A stretch of DNA of 64,000 nucleotides from Vitiosangium sp. GDMCC 1.1324 (GCF_003044305.1 NZ_PZOX01000005.1:579493-643492), one strand, 5' to 3'; shown: positions 48,934-58,817, numbered from the stretch's first letter. Notes: generated by a model not told the origin, from the sequence alone. Program-made: numbers and translations.

Positions 48934-50274
48934 ATGGCCACCATCCTCTGGGAGGGCGCTGCCCCTCCGCCCTCGCTGTCCGCACAGCTCGCCGCCGAGG
49001 GCCACCAGCTCGTCACGAAAGGTGCCGCCGGGCTCTCCGTGGTGTGCACCGCCTCGGCCCGGGTGCCCTCGCCTTCCGCCACGGGCCTGCCATGGGTCTG
49101 GGCCTGCCGCACGCGCATCCCCTCCCTGCTCACCACCGAGGCGGCCCTGGCCGGAGCCTATGACTCGGTGTGGCTCGGCGCCGAGGACGGACCCCGCCGG
49201 CTGCTGGCCCGGCTCGCGGAGCTGGCCACCCCCGAGCCGGCTCCCGAGTCCGCGCCCACCTTCGTGGCCCGCAGCGCCGCGGCCCGCGCCACGCTTCATC
49301 AAATCGCCCGCGCCGCCCGCACCTCCCAGCCCGTGCTCATCACTGGAGAGACAGGCTCCGGCAAAGAGGTGACGGCGCGGCTGCTACACACCCTCGGCGA
49401 GCGCCGCGCCGGACGCTTCGTCCCCATCAACTGCGCCGCCATCCCCAACGAGCTGATGGAGGGAGAGCTGTTCGGCTACGCCAAGGGTGCCTTCTCCGGC
49501 GCCACGCGAGGCTTCGACGGGCAGCTCATGGCGGCCGAGGGCGGCACCGTGTTCCTCGATGAGATCGACGACACGCCCCTGTCCCTGCAGATGAAGCTGC
49601 TGCGCGTGCTGGAGGACCGGGTGGTGACGCGCCTGGGCGAGTCCGAGCCGAAGCAGGTGGACTTCCGCATCGTCGCCGCCACCAACAGGGATCTGCGCGA
49701 GCTCATCGCCCGGGGCGTCTTCGGCGCGGACCTCTACGAGCGCCTGGCCATCGTCAGCATCCAGCTCCCTCCGCTACGCGAGCGGTTGGAGGACCTGCCC
49801 GTGCTGCTCGAGCACTTCATCACCCGCTTCCAGCGCGAGGAGCCCTCCGCGCCACGAGGGCCGGTGCACGTGACCCCCGAGGCGCTCGCCGCGCTCGAGG
49901 CCTATCCGTGGCCGGGCAACATCCGCGAGTTGCGCAACGTCATCTTCGAGGTGCTCGTCTACAAGCGGGTGGGTGAGGAGATCCTCCCCTCGGACCTGCC
50001 GAAGCGAGTGCTGCGCCGGGGCGTGGAGCACGCGGCGAGCGGCGGCCGTGACGCGGCAGCCATGGGGCGAGCCATGGACGCGGGGAGCTTCAACCTGCGC
50101 GCGGAGGTGGAAGCCCTGGAGCGGCTGGCCCTGACGCTCGCCCTGGAACGAACCGGGGGCAATGCCTCGCGCTCTGCGGCGCTGCTGGGCGAGGTGGGCC
50201 GGGGCCGCTCCGCCGATCCGGGCGCCACCGTGCGCGCGATGATGCGCCGGTTCGGCATCTCCGGCCGCCGCTGA
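48934..50274 (+). CDS. sigma-54-dependent transcriptional activator (NtrC-family EBP) with degenerate N-terminal receiver-like region
   Basis: ATG at 48934. AAA+ sigma-54 interaction domain: GETGSGKE Walker A, GAFSGA (GAFTGA-like), ...GGTVFLDEI..., ...RVLEDR.... C-terminal Fis-type HTH (GNASRSAALLG). The N-terminal ~110 aa lack the phospho-accepting DD pair. Confidence 0.85.
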   Translation: MATILWEGAAPPPSLSAQLAAEGHQLVTKGAAGLSVVCTASARVPSPSATGLPWVWACRTRIPSLLTTEAALAGAYDSVWLGAEDGPRRLLARLAELATPEPAPESAPTFVARSAAARATLHQIARAARTSQPVLITGETGSGKEVTARLLHTLGERRAGRFVPINCAAIPNELMEGELFGYAKGAFSGATRGFDGQLMAAEGGTVFLDEIDDTPLSLQMKLLRVLEDRVVTRLGESEPKQVDFRIVAATNRDLRELIARGVFGADLYERLAIVSIQLPPLRERLEDLPVLLEHFITRFQREEPSAPRGPVHVTPEALAALEAYPWPGNIRELRNVIFEVLVYKRVGEEILPSDLPKRVLRRGVEHAASGGRDAAAMGRAMDAGSFNLRAEVEALERLALTLALERTGGNASRSAALLGEVGRGRSADPGATVRAMMRRFGISGRR

Positions 50275-50328
50275 GCGCTCGCGCCCCTTCCGGGGAACCA
50301 CCGGGCCAGCCCTTCGCATCTCCGGGAC

Positions 50329-51429
50329 TCAGCCGCCCGTGGAGCCTTCTCCCTGGCCGTCGGTGCGCCCGAGCCGTGAGGCCGCCTTCTTCGCCGCGGC
50401 GCTCTGCGGGTCGCGCTCGAGCGCGAGCCTCCAGGCCTCCTGGGCTCGAGCCCCCTGCCCGAGCCGCTCGAGACAATCGCCCCATGCGAGCAACGCACCA
50501 CCCCCCTGCCCCTTGTACGGATGCGAAGCCCCGGCCTCGAAGTGACGCGCGGCCTCCTCCAGCCGCCCCGCCGCCAGGGCGATCTGCCCGAGCATGAACA
50601 ACCCGTTCCGGGTGCTCGCGGCCCGGCGCGCGAGTGACAACCCCTCGCGGGCCGACTTCTCGGCCTCGTCGTACCGCTGGAGTACCCGCAGCACCGCGGC
50701 ACGGGTGAAGGCCACCTCGCTCCAATACACGCGGGGCAGGTCCCGGCGATCCAACTGGTCCATGGCCGCGAGTGCCTCGGCGCCGCGCCCGGTGTGCGCC
50801 AGGATCCACCCCCGTTGCAGGAGGATCGCATGCCGCAGGAGTGGCTCGTCCGCTTCCGTTTCCTCGACGGCCCGGAGCCGCTCGCTGGCGGCCGTCCAGT
50901 CGCCGAGGTTGTAGAGCGCCTCGCAGAGATTGAGCTGCACCAAGTCCCGCTGCTCATCGGGCCCCAGCTCCACCGCGAGGTCCTCCTCCGGGTGCTCCCA
51001 ACGCCGCTCCACGTCGAGCGCCTCGCGGTAGAGGCCCGCGTTGATGAAGGTGTTGATGGCGGTATTGGCGAGCCCCCAATCCCCCGCGGCCCGGGCCTCG
51101 TCCGCGAGGAGCCATGCCATCTCGACGGCTCGCGCGGTGTCTCCGAGCGCCTCGTGGGCATGAACCCGGAGCTGGAGCAGCGACCGCCTCATGAGCCTGT
51201 CGGGGCGCAACAGCTCGATGGCGCGGGTGATGCGGAGGGTGCCGCGATAGGTCCCCCAGTGGAAGCTACACTCCTCCGCCAGCGCGAAGAGCGCGGAGAT
51301 GGCCGGCTGCCGCAGCAGTACGACGACCATGAGGAGGAGAATGAAGGCGAGCCAGGACATGAAGGGAGGCGCGCCAGAGCCTACCGCATGGAGTGCGCAC
51401 GCAGCAGTCTCGCCGGCCGCGGAGGCCAT
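50329..51429 (-). CDS. TPR-repeat protein with N-terminal TM anchor
   Basis: 366-aa ORF. TM helix (WLAFILLLMVVVLL), then TPR-like repeats. The start may instead be the ATG at 51360 (MSWLAF...). Confidence 0.6.
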   Translation of the reverse strand: MASAAGETAACALHAVGSGAPPFMSWLAFILLLMVVVLLRQPAISALFALAEECSFHWGTYRGTLRITRAIELLRPDRLMRRSLLQLRVHAHEALGDTARAVEMAWLLADEARAAGDWGLANTAINTFINAGLYREALDVERRWEHPEEDLAVELGPDEQRDLVQLNLCEALYNLGDWTAASERLRAVEETEADEPLLRHAILLQRGWILAHTGRGAEALAAMDQLDRRDLPRVYWSEVAFTRAAVLRVLQRYDEAEKSAREGLSLARRAASTRNGLFMLGQIALAAGRLEEAARHFEAGASHPYKGQGGGALLAWGDCLERLGQGARAQEAWRLALERDPQSAAAKKAASRLGRTDGQGEGSTGG

Positions 51430-51435
51430 CCCGTC

Positions 51436-52125
51436 TCAAGGGGAGCGGGCCTCCTCCGGGTAGGACTCCGGTGGAGACGTGCGCGGCAGCACGCGCCTCC
51501 GGCACGTGGGCCCGATGAGCGTGAGCGCCCCCTGCGCCGCGAGCGCCAGCAACGCGCGCATCAGCTCGTACCCGCCCCGAGTGGGCGCGGACAGCGGCAC
51601 ACGGAAACACAGCGCGTCCTCGTCCTGCTCGGGCTCACAGGGGGCGAGCGTCTGGACGAGCTTGTACATGGCCAGGTTGCCGGCCAGCACCCGGAACTCG
51701 AAGCACTCCACGCCGCGCTCGCTCGCCGCCTCCACCAGCCGGTCCATCAAGATGCGGCCGAGCCCCTTTCCCTGGGCGTCGTCCACCACGGTGATGGCGA
51801 CCTCGGCGACCTCGGGGGTCTGCTCCAGCCGGAAGAACCGGGCAACCCCCAGCCCCACTTCCTTCCCGGCCGGGCTCCTCGCCACCGCCCCGAGCGCCAC
51901 GTGCCGTTCCCCATCCGCGCTCGTGAGGTAGAGCAGCTCGTCCGCGGACAGGCGGGGCTTGGCGGACAGGAAACGCTGGAAACGCGAGCGCGGGGAGAGC
52001 CGCTCGAAGCCGTCCCGCAGCAGCGGGGCGTCCTCGGGCCGCACCATCCGCAGCTCGGCCCACGTCCCATCCGCGAGCGCCAGCCGCTCACGGTATCGAG
52101 GGTGGAAACGACGGTAGGGCTGCAT
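51436..52125 (-). CDS. GNAT-family N-acetyltransferase
   Basis: 229 aa. ...VAITVVDDAQGKGLGRILM... is GNAT motif A. Confidence 0.8.
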   Translation of the reverse strand: MQPYRRFHPRYRERLALADGTWAELRMVRPEDAPLLRDGFERLSPRSRFQRFLSAKPRLSADELLYLTSADGERHVALGAVARSPAGKEVGLGVARFFRLEQTPEVAEVAITVVDDAQGKGLGRILMDRLVEAASERGVECFEFRVLAGNLAMYKLVQTLAPCEPEQDEDALCFRVPLSAPTRGGYELMRALLALAAQGALTLIGPTCRRRVLPRTSPPESYPEEARSP

Positions 52126-52401
52126 GACGGACCTCCGGGGTGTCCCGGCAAGGTGAGATGGATGCCGCAGCGCGGCAAGCCACCCCGGACCCCACTTCGG
52201 ACCGCTGGGCGGTAGCGGACAGCGGGTGCGTCAAACTCTCGGCAATTCACGACAGACCAGACAAATGAACTGACGGCCAGGAGACCCTTTCCGTGACTCG
52301 GAGCACCGGAATCGGCCGCGCCGCGCCGATCCCAAAAGCCCGGTCTCCCCCAATATGTCTGGAGGCTTGCTCCGGCCCCTCGCCGGAGCCGGAGGACGAT
52401 C

Positions 52402-53481
52402 ATGGCGATGAATCGGTGGATGACGGCGGCGTGCGCCGCGGCGATGGCCAGTGCCGGCTGTACCAAGAGCGAGGTGGACCCGGAGGCGACCATCACGCTC
52501 ACCGGCAAGGTGCTCAAGGAGGACAAGCAGCCCCTGGCCAACACACTCCTGCACATCAACCGCAGCACCAACTCGGAGTGCATCTTCAGCTTCTTCGGCG
52601 GCATCGACTGGAAGTCCGTGAAGACGAGCGCCGATGGCTCCTTCACCCAGGAGTTGCTGGGAGACGACACCCGGAGCGGAAGCCTGGCGCGCTGCTTCGA
52701 GCTGCAGGTTCCGGGAGGCGGGGCCAACAGCTACCTGTACGCCCAGTTCCTCATCCAGAGCGAGAACGTGCAGCTGCCCACGCTCCAGCAGTGGAGCGGC
52801 ACGCCCTCGGCGGTGGCCGCCGCGGATGGGGCGAGCGTGTCCTTCAAGGACATCTCCGCCACCCAGGACGGGGTCACCGGGGAGCATGTCCTCCACGTGG
52901 AGACGAAGTCGTCTGGCTCGGTCTGGACGGTGACCTCGGCGCACTCGCCGGTGCTGCTGAACGACGATCTGCTCGAGGACGCAGCGGACCTCGAGGCCTA
53001 TGTCTCCGTCTACCGCAAGGTCGAGGGCAGCAAGGCGTCCTTCACGATCTACAACCAGGGCGAGACCGTGGCCTTGCCCCGGCGCTCGCGCGTGCCGGCC
53101 AGTCGTGGCGCGAGCTGCACCTACGCTGGTGCACCGGCCACCTGCCCGTTGACGGATGGAAATCTCTCCTCCGGCGCGAGCTTCCAACAGGACGTTCGCG
53201 AGGTGGTCATCCAGTTGCCGAAGCCCAAGGTGCTGCGCAAGGCCGTGCTGCGCAACCTCGGGATGTCCCTGACTCCGAGCGAGCTGGTCCTCGAGGGCAG
53301 CAGTGATGGCACCCAGTGGGTGGGGCTGGCCAACCTGCTCGAGGGCACGAACGCAGTGCGCACGTTCATCGAGGTGCCGCTGAGCAACCCGGCTCCGCTG
53401 AGCCACGTGCGACTGCGCGCCACCTCGCCGAACAGCGACTTCCGGCTCTACTGGCTCAGCGAGCTGTCCCTCTTCGAGTAG
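52402..53481 (+). CDS. secreted lipoprotein, hypothetical
   Basis: Lipobox AMASAGC. The 359 aa are beta-rich. No recognised domain. Confidence 0.6.
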   Translation: MAMNRWMTAACAAAMASAGCTKSEVDPEATITLTGKVLKEDKQPLANTLLHINRSTNSECIFSFFGGIDWKSVKTSADGSFTQELLGDDTRSGSLARCFELQVPGGGANSYLYAQFLIQSENVQLPTLQQWSGTPSAVAAADGASVSFKDISATQDGVTGEHVLHVETKSSGSVWTVTSAHSPVLLNDDLLEDAADLEAYVSVYRKVEGSKASFTIYNQGETVALPRRSRVPASRGASCTYAGAPATCPLTDGNLSSGASFQQDVREVVIQLPKPKVLRKAVLRNLGMSLTPSELVLEGSSDGTQWVGLANLLEGTNAVRTFIEVPLSNPAPLSHVRLRATSPNSDFRLYWLSELSLFE

Positions 53482-53508
53482 CCACGGGCGCTTGCAGTAG
53501 GATGCGGG

Positions 53509-53548
53509 GGTGTCCCGGGAAGCCGTTGCTAAATAAACGGCTCCCCCC
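53509..53548 (+). terminator. candidate terminator hairpin
   Basis: cgggaagccgtt-gctaaataa-aacggctcccc (stem with one bulged A, AT-rich loop) between the two lipoprotein genes. Confidence 0.35.
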
Positions 53549-53581
53549 TCCGTCCAGGGCACTGATCCCACTTTTCCATCC

Positions 53582-55228
53582 GTGTCCTCTACTCGCATGC
53601 GCTCCCATCCCCTGGCCTCGCAGCTCTCCCCGCTCCTCGCCCTCCTGATACTGAGTGGCTGTAACACCGCCTACCGGGAGGCCCTCTCCCAGGCCAAGGA
53701 GGCGGCCGCTCGCGGCGACTTCATGACCGCCGCCCGCGCCTACCGCTCGGCCTGCGCCGCCTCTCCCGATGACGAGGTGGCCTGTACGCGCGTCCCCATC
53801 TTCGCGGAGAAGGCGACGACCCAGGCCATCGCGGCCGCTCGCCCGCCGTGCGAATCGGGTGACCTCGACCGGTGCATCCCGCCCCTGCTCGACTCCCTGG
53901 ACCTCATCCCCCAGCACCCCGAGGCCACCGCGATGCTGGAGAAGGCCAGCCAGCTCCACACGGAGCGCTGCACCAGCAAGTGGAAGGCCGAGGGCTCGCT
54001 GAACACGGAGGTGGCCGGACTGGCCTGCCTGCAGTCCCGTGGCCACCAGTTCCGACTGCCGAGCTACCAGGCGCTCCTCTCCGAGCGCGCCACCCGGCTG
54101 GCCTCGCGCTTCGCCGAGCTCGCCACCACCGCGCGAAACAAGGGGACTCCGGGGGCCGCCGCCGTGCTGTGGTCCACCGCGCAGTGCCTCGCGCCGGACC
54201 CGGGCACCCTCGCGTGGAGCCAGCAGACCTACCAGGAGTTCCTCACCCAGAGCGCCATTCCCGTGGCCACCCGCCTTGACGGCTCGATCGCGCCCCAGGT
54301 CGCCTCGGGGCTCACCGGCCTGTGCCAGCGCCTGTCCTCGGGACTGCCTCCCTGGGCGCGGTGCGCGGAGGCCGGAACGGTGCCGGGCCAGCCGATGCCG
54401 CTTGAGCTCCAGGTGGACGCCATCATCCAGCGTGTCGTGGAGAACGTCAGCGAGGACCTGCGCAGCGTGAACTACATCAGTGGCACGCGGCGCGTGCGCA
54501 ACCCTGCCTACCACACGGCCGAGGAGCGCCTCGAGCACGCCGAGCGCTCGTACCGGAGGGCCGACAAGATGAGGAACTACAGGGACGAGGCGTGCGACAA
54601 GGAGAAGAAGACGCACGATGCGGGCTGCGTCGGGTGCACCGACCCCAACGACAAGAACAACAAGAATAAGAAGACCGCCTGCGACGAGGCCCGGGAGCTC
54701 CACGCGGCCTACGACAGCGCGGCGCAAGAGCTCGGCGCGGCGCGCACGAACCTGTCCAACACGCCCGAGTTCATGGTTGAGGAAGTGCACGACACGTTCA
54801 CCTACTCCGTGCTGACCCATCGCTGGTCGTCGGGCTTCCGCTTCACGCTCCAGACGAACACCCCGGGCGCTCCCGCTCCCGCGCCGCAACAGGGAGAGCT
54901 GCGCTTCCAGGACCAGGAGCATGTGGGCTTCAGCCCGGCTAAAATCCAGGCGGATCCGCTGGAGGTCCCGAACCCCTGGGCCTATTCGGATGCCTTCCTC
55001 CGGGAGCTGGCGCCCCACGTGTTCGCGGCGGTGCAGCAGGACGGCAGGGTCCGGGGCGCCCAGCGCCGCACCCAGTGCGCCGAGCTGCCGGCGAACTGGA
55101 GCACCCCCTGGGTGCAGTGCTGGGCCGAGGCCACGCTCTGGGAGGGCGGCCAGGAGCCCCAGCCGAATGGGTTCCTCCAGCTCCTGGCCAGCAACGCTGG
55201 CGCGTCCGAACAACCCATGTGCCGCTGA
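53582..55228 (+). CDS. secreted Cys-rich lipoprotein, hypothetical
   Basis: Lipobox LLILSGC (the start may be the MRSHPL ATG five codons in). At least 16 Cys. Lys/Asn-rich patch DKEKKTHDAGCVGCTDPNDKNNKNKKTACDE. Confidence 0.6.
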   Translation: MSSTRMRSHPLASQLSPLLALLILSGCNTAYREALSQAKEAAARGDFMTAARAYRSACAASPDDEVACTRVPIFAEKATTQAIAAARPPCESGDLDRCIPPLLDSLDLIPQHPEATAMLEKASQLHTERCTSKWKAEGSLNTEVAGLACLQSRGHQFRLPSYQALLSERATRLASRFAELATTARNKGTPGAAAVLWSTAQCLAPDPGTLAWSQQTYQEFLTQSAIPVATRLDGSIAPQVASGLTGLCQRLSSGLPPWARCAEAGTVPGQPMPLELQVDAIIQRVVENVSEDLRSVNYISGTRRVRNPAYHTAEERLEHAERSYRRADKMRNYRDEACDKEKKTHDAGCVGCTDPNDKNNKNKKTACDEARELHAAYDSAAQELGAARTNLSNTPEFMVEEVHDTFTYSVLTHRWSSGFRFTLQTNTPGAPAPAPQQGELRFQDQEHVGFSPAKIQADPLEVPNPWAYSDAFLRELAPHVFAAVQQDGRVRGAQRRTQCAELPANWSTPWVQCWAEATLWEGGQEPQPNGFLQLLASNAGASEQPMCR

Positions 55229-55250
55229 GTGGCGCGAGCCGCGGGAGCCC

Positions 55251-55799
55251 TCAGCCCGGCTCCAGCGCGCCGACCACCTCCGCCAGACAGTGCGGGCAGG
55301 CGGCACGTCCCTGAACCATGGACCTGCCGCACCCCGCGCACCGCACCATGCTAGGCAGGCGGCAGGCCCCGTCTTCCGGGGCACACTTCGGAACATCGGG
55401 GGCTCCGGCCTGCTCCAGGTCCCTCCGTACGACTTCGTCCTCCAGGTGCAGCCAGTCGGACAACCGGCGGCGGTTGTTGGAGAGCAGCTCGAAGGCGTTG
55501 CGCGCGAGCGGCATCAACGAGGGCCGGGACAACCGCTGTGCCCACGCCCGGTAGTCCTCCAGCGCCCACAGCACCATCAGCCACGCGTGGGTGTCCCGGT
55601 AGACGCCACCCTCGTCGTCCACCACCACGAGCTCCTCCGGGCCCGCCGAGCGGCGCAGCCCGGGAAAACGTCTCGCCGCCTCCTCGCTCCCAGCCGGGAG
55701 GCACTCGAGCCCCACCAGCGTGCGCTGCACCCCCAGCCACCGGGCACAGCCCACACAGAAGCCACACGTCTCGTCATACAGCACGCAGAGGGCACGCAT
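55251..55799 (-). CDS. thiol-disulfide oxidoreductase DCC-family (DUF393) protein
   Basis: MRALCVLYDETCGFCVGCARWL is the DCC motif. The ORF opens at 55811. Confidence 0.7.
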   Translation of the reverse strand: MRALCVLYDETCGFCVGCARWLGVQRTLVGLECLPAGSEEAARRFPGLRRSAGPEELVVVDDEGGVYRDTHAWLMVLWALEDYRAWAQRLSRPSLMPLARNAFELLSNNRRRLSDWLHLEDEVVRRDLEQAGAPDVPKCAPEDGACRLPSMVRCAGCGRSMVQGRAACPHCLAEVVGALEPG

Positions 55800-55807
55800 G
55801 GCTCGCC

Positions 55808-56266
55808 TCACACCCCCTCGGCCACAGGAGCCGGCTGCGGAGAAACCCGGGTGAACTCGCGCGGCAGCACGGGCGGCGGCTGCTGGCGCATCTGGCCCGA
55901 GCGGCGGATGCGATTGAAGACGTACAGGTTGAAGAAGTGCATCGCCCCCAGCACGACCATCACCTTGCCCACCTTGCCGCAGACCAGCTCGATGACCTCC
56001 TGCACCGTCCAGATGGTCTGGTACTCCTTGAGCGACAGGGCAACGTACCCGATGTTCATCAGGTAGAAGCCCACCACCAGCAGGTGGTTCACCGAATCCG
56101 CCAGCCGCTCCTTGCCCAGGAAGGCATCGTGCAGGAAGTGCGAGCCGTTGCGTTGCAGCGTCTTCGCCACCCAGATCGTCAGCGTGATGCTCACGAGCAG
56201 GTAGAGCAGGTAGGCAGCCACCATGAACTGGCTCGACACGGGGGTCACCAGCGCGTTGGGTTCCAT
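55808..56266 (-). CDS. small integral membrane protein
   Basis: 152 aa; four TM helices. Stop/start overlap with the downstream DCC gene. Confidence 0.55.
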   Translation of the reverse strand: MEPNALVTPVSSQFMVAAYLLYLLVSITLTIWVAKTLQRNGSHFLHDAFLGKERLADSVNHLLVVGFYLMNIGYVALSLKEYQTIWTVQEVIELVCGKVGKVMVVLGAMHFFNLYVFNRIRRSGQMRQQPPPVLPREFTRVSPQPAPVAEGV

Positions 56267-56421
56267 GACTCGTCTCCCTCGGAGAGCGCGGCCGCCCGGG
56301 GCTCCAGTGCCCCTCCTGGGTTGGCGCCGCCCTCCCCTTTCATCAGGGAGTACCGGAAGGAATTTTCGCGGTTGCGGGGTGCCCGCTCATTCACACGGCC
56401 CGGATGTAGGCAGGGTATCGG

Positions 56422-57096
56422 TCACATGCTCGCGGCTCGGAGCTTCGCGATCCACTCCCGGATTTCCTCATTGGTCCTCCGAGCCGCGACTCCCTCCTGG
56501 AACATCAGGAAGTCGAAACGACCTTCCACGATCATGCCCATCAGCGCCCGGTCGGCGGCGATGATCTCCGGCACCTCCCAGGGAAAGACGGGCCATGTAC
56601 CGCGATCCTCACTGAAATCGGGCATCTCGTAGATGAACTCCAGATAGCGGGCGTAGGTGTCGAAGAATCGGTCCACATTGGAGGCAATGGGGAGTGCGTA
56701 GATGTCTTCGTAGGGGTCGACCTTGACGACCGGTTGGAGGCCCTGTGCATCGGCCAGGCTCGGCACCGTGGCGTAGCAATAGGACGAGGCATCCCGGCAT
56801 CCAAAGATGAGAAGGGATCGGAAGGGCTCGGGCCAGTAGGGCTGAATCTCCTCGTTCGCCATGAGGATTCCATTCACCTGCTCATCACAGGGTTCCACAA
56901 GAAGATCGAAGTCGAGATAAAGCCCGCCCAGTCGCGAATAGAAGGTCGCCAGCATCGGGTCGAAGGGTCGGCCCAGGAGTCGCGTGCCCGCGGTTGGTGC
57001 ACCTTCCCAGGGTTTTCGAATCTCGGCTCGGATGGGGTACTTCCCGCAGGCTGCCAGCAGCCTCTCGAGTCCAGGCAATGACATTTCGTTCATCAT
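56422..57096 (-). CDS. candidate immunity protein B' (cytoplasmic, ~224 aa), paralogue of 58929..59603
   Basis: ATG-ATG at 57096/57093 (MMNEMSLPGLERLL...), 14 nt downstream of the A' stop. No signal peptide; acidic. About 89% identical to B, with substitutions clustered at aa 50-100. Loose SUKH/SMI1-like pattern (LP..L....G..P, FY.RLGG). Confidence 0.55.
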   Translation of the reverse strand: MMNEMSLPGLERLLAACGKYPIRAEIRKPWEGAPTAGTRLLGRPFDPMLATFYSRLGGLYLDFDLLVEPCDEQVNGILMANEEIQPYWPEPFRSLLIFGCRDASSYCYATVPSLADAQGLQPVVKVDPYEDIYALPIASNVDRFFDTYARYLEFIYEMPDFSEDRGTWPVFPWEVPEIIAADRALMGMIVEGRFDFLMFQEGVAARRTNEEIREWIAKLRAASM

Positions 57097-57110
57097 GCGC
57101 CTCTTTCGTC

Positions 57111-58805
57111 TCACCTCGCGACCAGGGCACGGACATCAGCCAGCGCCGCCGCTGTAGCCCTTTCGAGCAGAGCGTCTGACTGGCTCGGCTCGTAGACCTT
57201 GTTGAACCAACGCTCGAAGTGCCGCCGGGTGACGGCCGCTATCTGCTGAACCTGCTCGGGACTGGCCTTGTCGCCAGCCTCCATACGAAAGGCATTCCAC
57301 ACTCTGTTGATACCCTCATGAACGGGCTTTCCCAGTGCCTTGAGGTTGGCAGCAGCGTTGATGTCCAACTCGGGGAAGAGGTGGGCATACTCCAGGGGAA
57401 TGAGGTGGTGGACGTCGTATCGTCCCCAGGCGCCTCGAAGCACTCCATTCAGTTCAGGATAGAAGACCCCATAGAAATCGTCTTGAGCCTTGGCCCTGAG
57501 CGCATCCTTGGCCTTCTTGTCCAATTTGACGGTGAGCGACTGCTCCATGCGCCGCAGGAGTTGGGTGAGTTCGTTGCGCTCGGCGGCGGAGAGGCATTCG
57601 AAGCCCTCCGTCTCCACCTTCACGAAGAGCCGCCGCAACAGTTCCTGGTCCGCGCGCCCCGCCCGAACGAGTTGCGTGCGCAACCAGCGCATCCCCGCGG
57701 CGCCTCCCCGGGTCGCCACCCGCATCACCGAGGGCGCCACCGCTTCGAAGGCGACGTGCAGGCCCTTGCCCACCAGTCCCCCGATAACGCATAGGGCCAC
57801 CTGCTCCAAGGTGAAGGCGCCCGCCAGCTTCACCGAGTCCACCATCTCCTCACGGTAGTGGTGGAAGATTTGTGCGTGCAGCAGGCGGTACTCGCGCAGC
57901 ACGTCCTCTCCCGCTTCATCCACCGGCTCCGGCCGGAGCGTCTCCGCCCGCTCCACCCTCCAGTGGGAGGTGGCGCTCGTCCCTCCGTGCATCCCGGACA
58001 GTTCCAGCCGCACAGTGCGTGGGCCCAGTCCGCGCATGAAGGGCAACAGGGTCAGGGTGAGTGCCTCGGCCACCCGAGCGTCCGCTGGGCGCACCGTGCC
58101 ACCTCCAGCGGCGTGGTAGGGCCCCATCTCCCAGCCCGTGAGCCGGTCGTCCTCCAGCGAGAGCTCCACCCTCATGCGCGCCGAAGCACCCGCGGGCACC
58201 TGGAGCAGGCGCACCACCTGCTTCGCCATGGCCTGCACGGCGGAGAGCGCCCTGGACGAATAGCCCGTGCGCCGCGCTGGCAGCTTTCTCGCCTCCGGGG
58301 GCGCATCCATGGGGAGTGCCTCATAATCCACCCGCCAGCGGCTCTGCTCCCGGTGCAATGTGAAGCCGAGGGCACCTGTACGAGTCTCGGCGAGCGTGAA
58401 GAGCAACTCTCGCAGCCCGCCCGTGAACGCCTCCGCCTTCGTCGGCTGGCCCGCCTCTCCTCCAACCGCCCTCCGACGGACGGACAGCAGCGTGAGGGCC
58501 CCACGCTCGGCCCAGAAGGTGAACTCCAGTACCGAGCCCACCTGCCCCTCTCCGCTGGCCACTGCCCACATCTGCCCCAGCGCCCACTCGACCTCGGCCC
58601 TCCGAGCCCCGGCTTCCTCAACCCATTCGTCAGCGGATGGCGAGGCGCTCGGGTTCGCGGAGACGAGGGTGGCCTCGCTTGGAAACGACGCACTGGCCGG
58701 CAGGGCGAATCCTCTCCCGTTCTCGTGCTGTGTCGTGGCGCACCCCTGCACCATCAGCATCGCGAGCCCCACCGCCACGGCCCGCCAGCACGCCCTGCGC
58801 GTCAT
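57111..58805 (-). CDS. lipoprotein with C-terminal HNH/EndoVII-like nuclease domain (candidate polymorphic toxin A')
   Basis: 564 aa. MTRRACWRAVAVGLAMLMVQGC is a lipoprotein signal. Last ~130 aa: ...RYDVHHLIPLEYAHLFPELDINAAANLKALGKPVHEG... has HH, Asn and His spaced as in the HNH/EndoVII fold (AHH/GHH/SHH-type toxin nucleases). The N-terminal 427 aa are ~99% identical to the paralogue; the C-terminus ~77%. Confidence 0.65.
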   Translation of the reverse strand: MTRRACWRAVAVGLAMLMVQGCATTQHENGRGFALPASASFPSEATLVSANPSASPSADEWVEEAGARRAEVEWALGQMWAVASGEGQVGSVLEFTFWAERGALTLLSVRRRAVGGEAGQPTKAEAFTGGLRELLFTLAETRTGALGFTLHREQSRWRVDYEALPMDAPPEARKLPARRTGYSSRALSAVQAMAKQVVRLLQVPAGASARMRVELSLEDDRLTGWEMGPYHAAGGGTVRPADARVAEALTLTLLPFMRGLGPRTVRLELSGMHGGTSATSHWRVERAETLRPEPVDEAGEDVLREYRLLHAQIFHHYREEMVDSVKLAGAFTLEQVALCVIGGLVGKGLHVAFEAVAPSVMRVATRGGAAGMRWLRTQLVRAGRADQELLRRLFVKVETEGFECLSAAERNELTQLLRRMEQSLTVKLDKKAKDALRAKAQDDFYGVFYPELNGVLRGAWGRYDVHHLIPLEYAHLFPELDINAAANLKALGKPVHEGINRVWNAFRMEAGDKASPEQVQQIAAVTRRHFERWFNKVYEPSQSDALLERATAAALADVRALVAR

Positions 58806-58817
58806 CGAGGATTCCCT

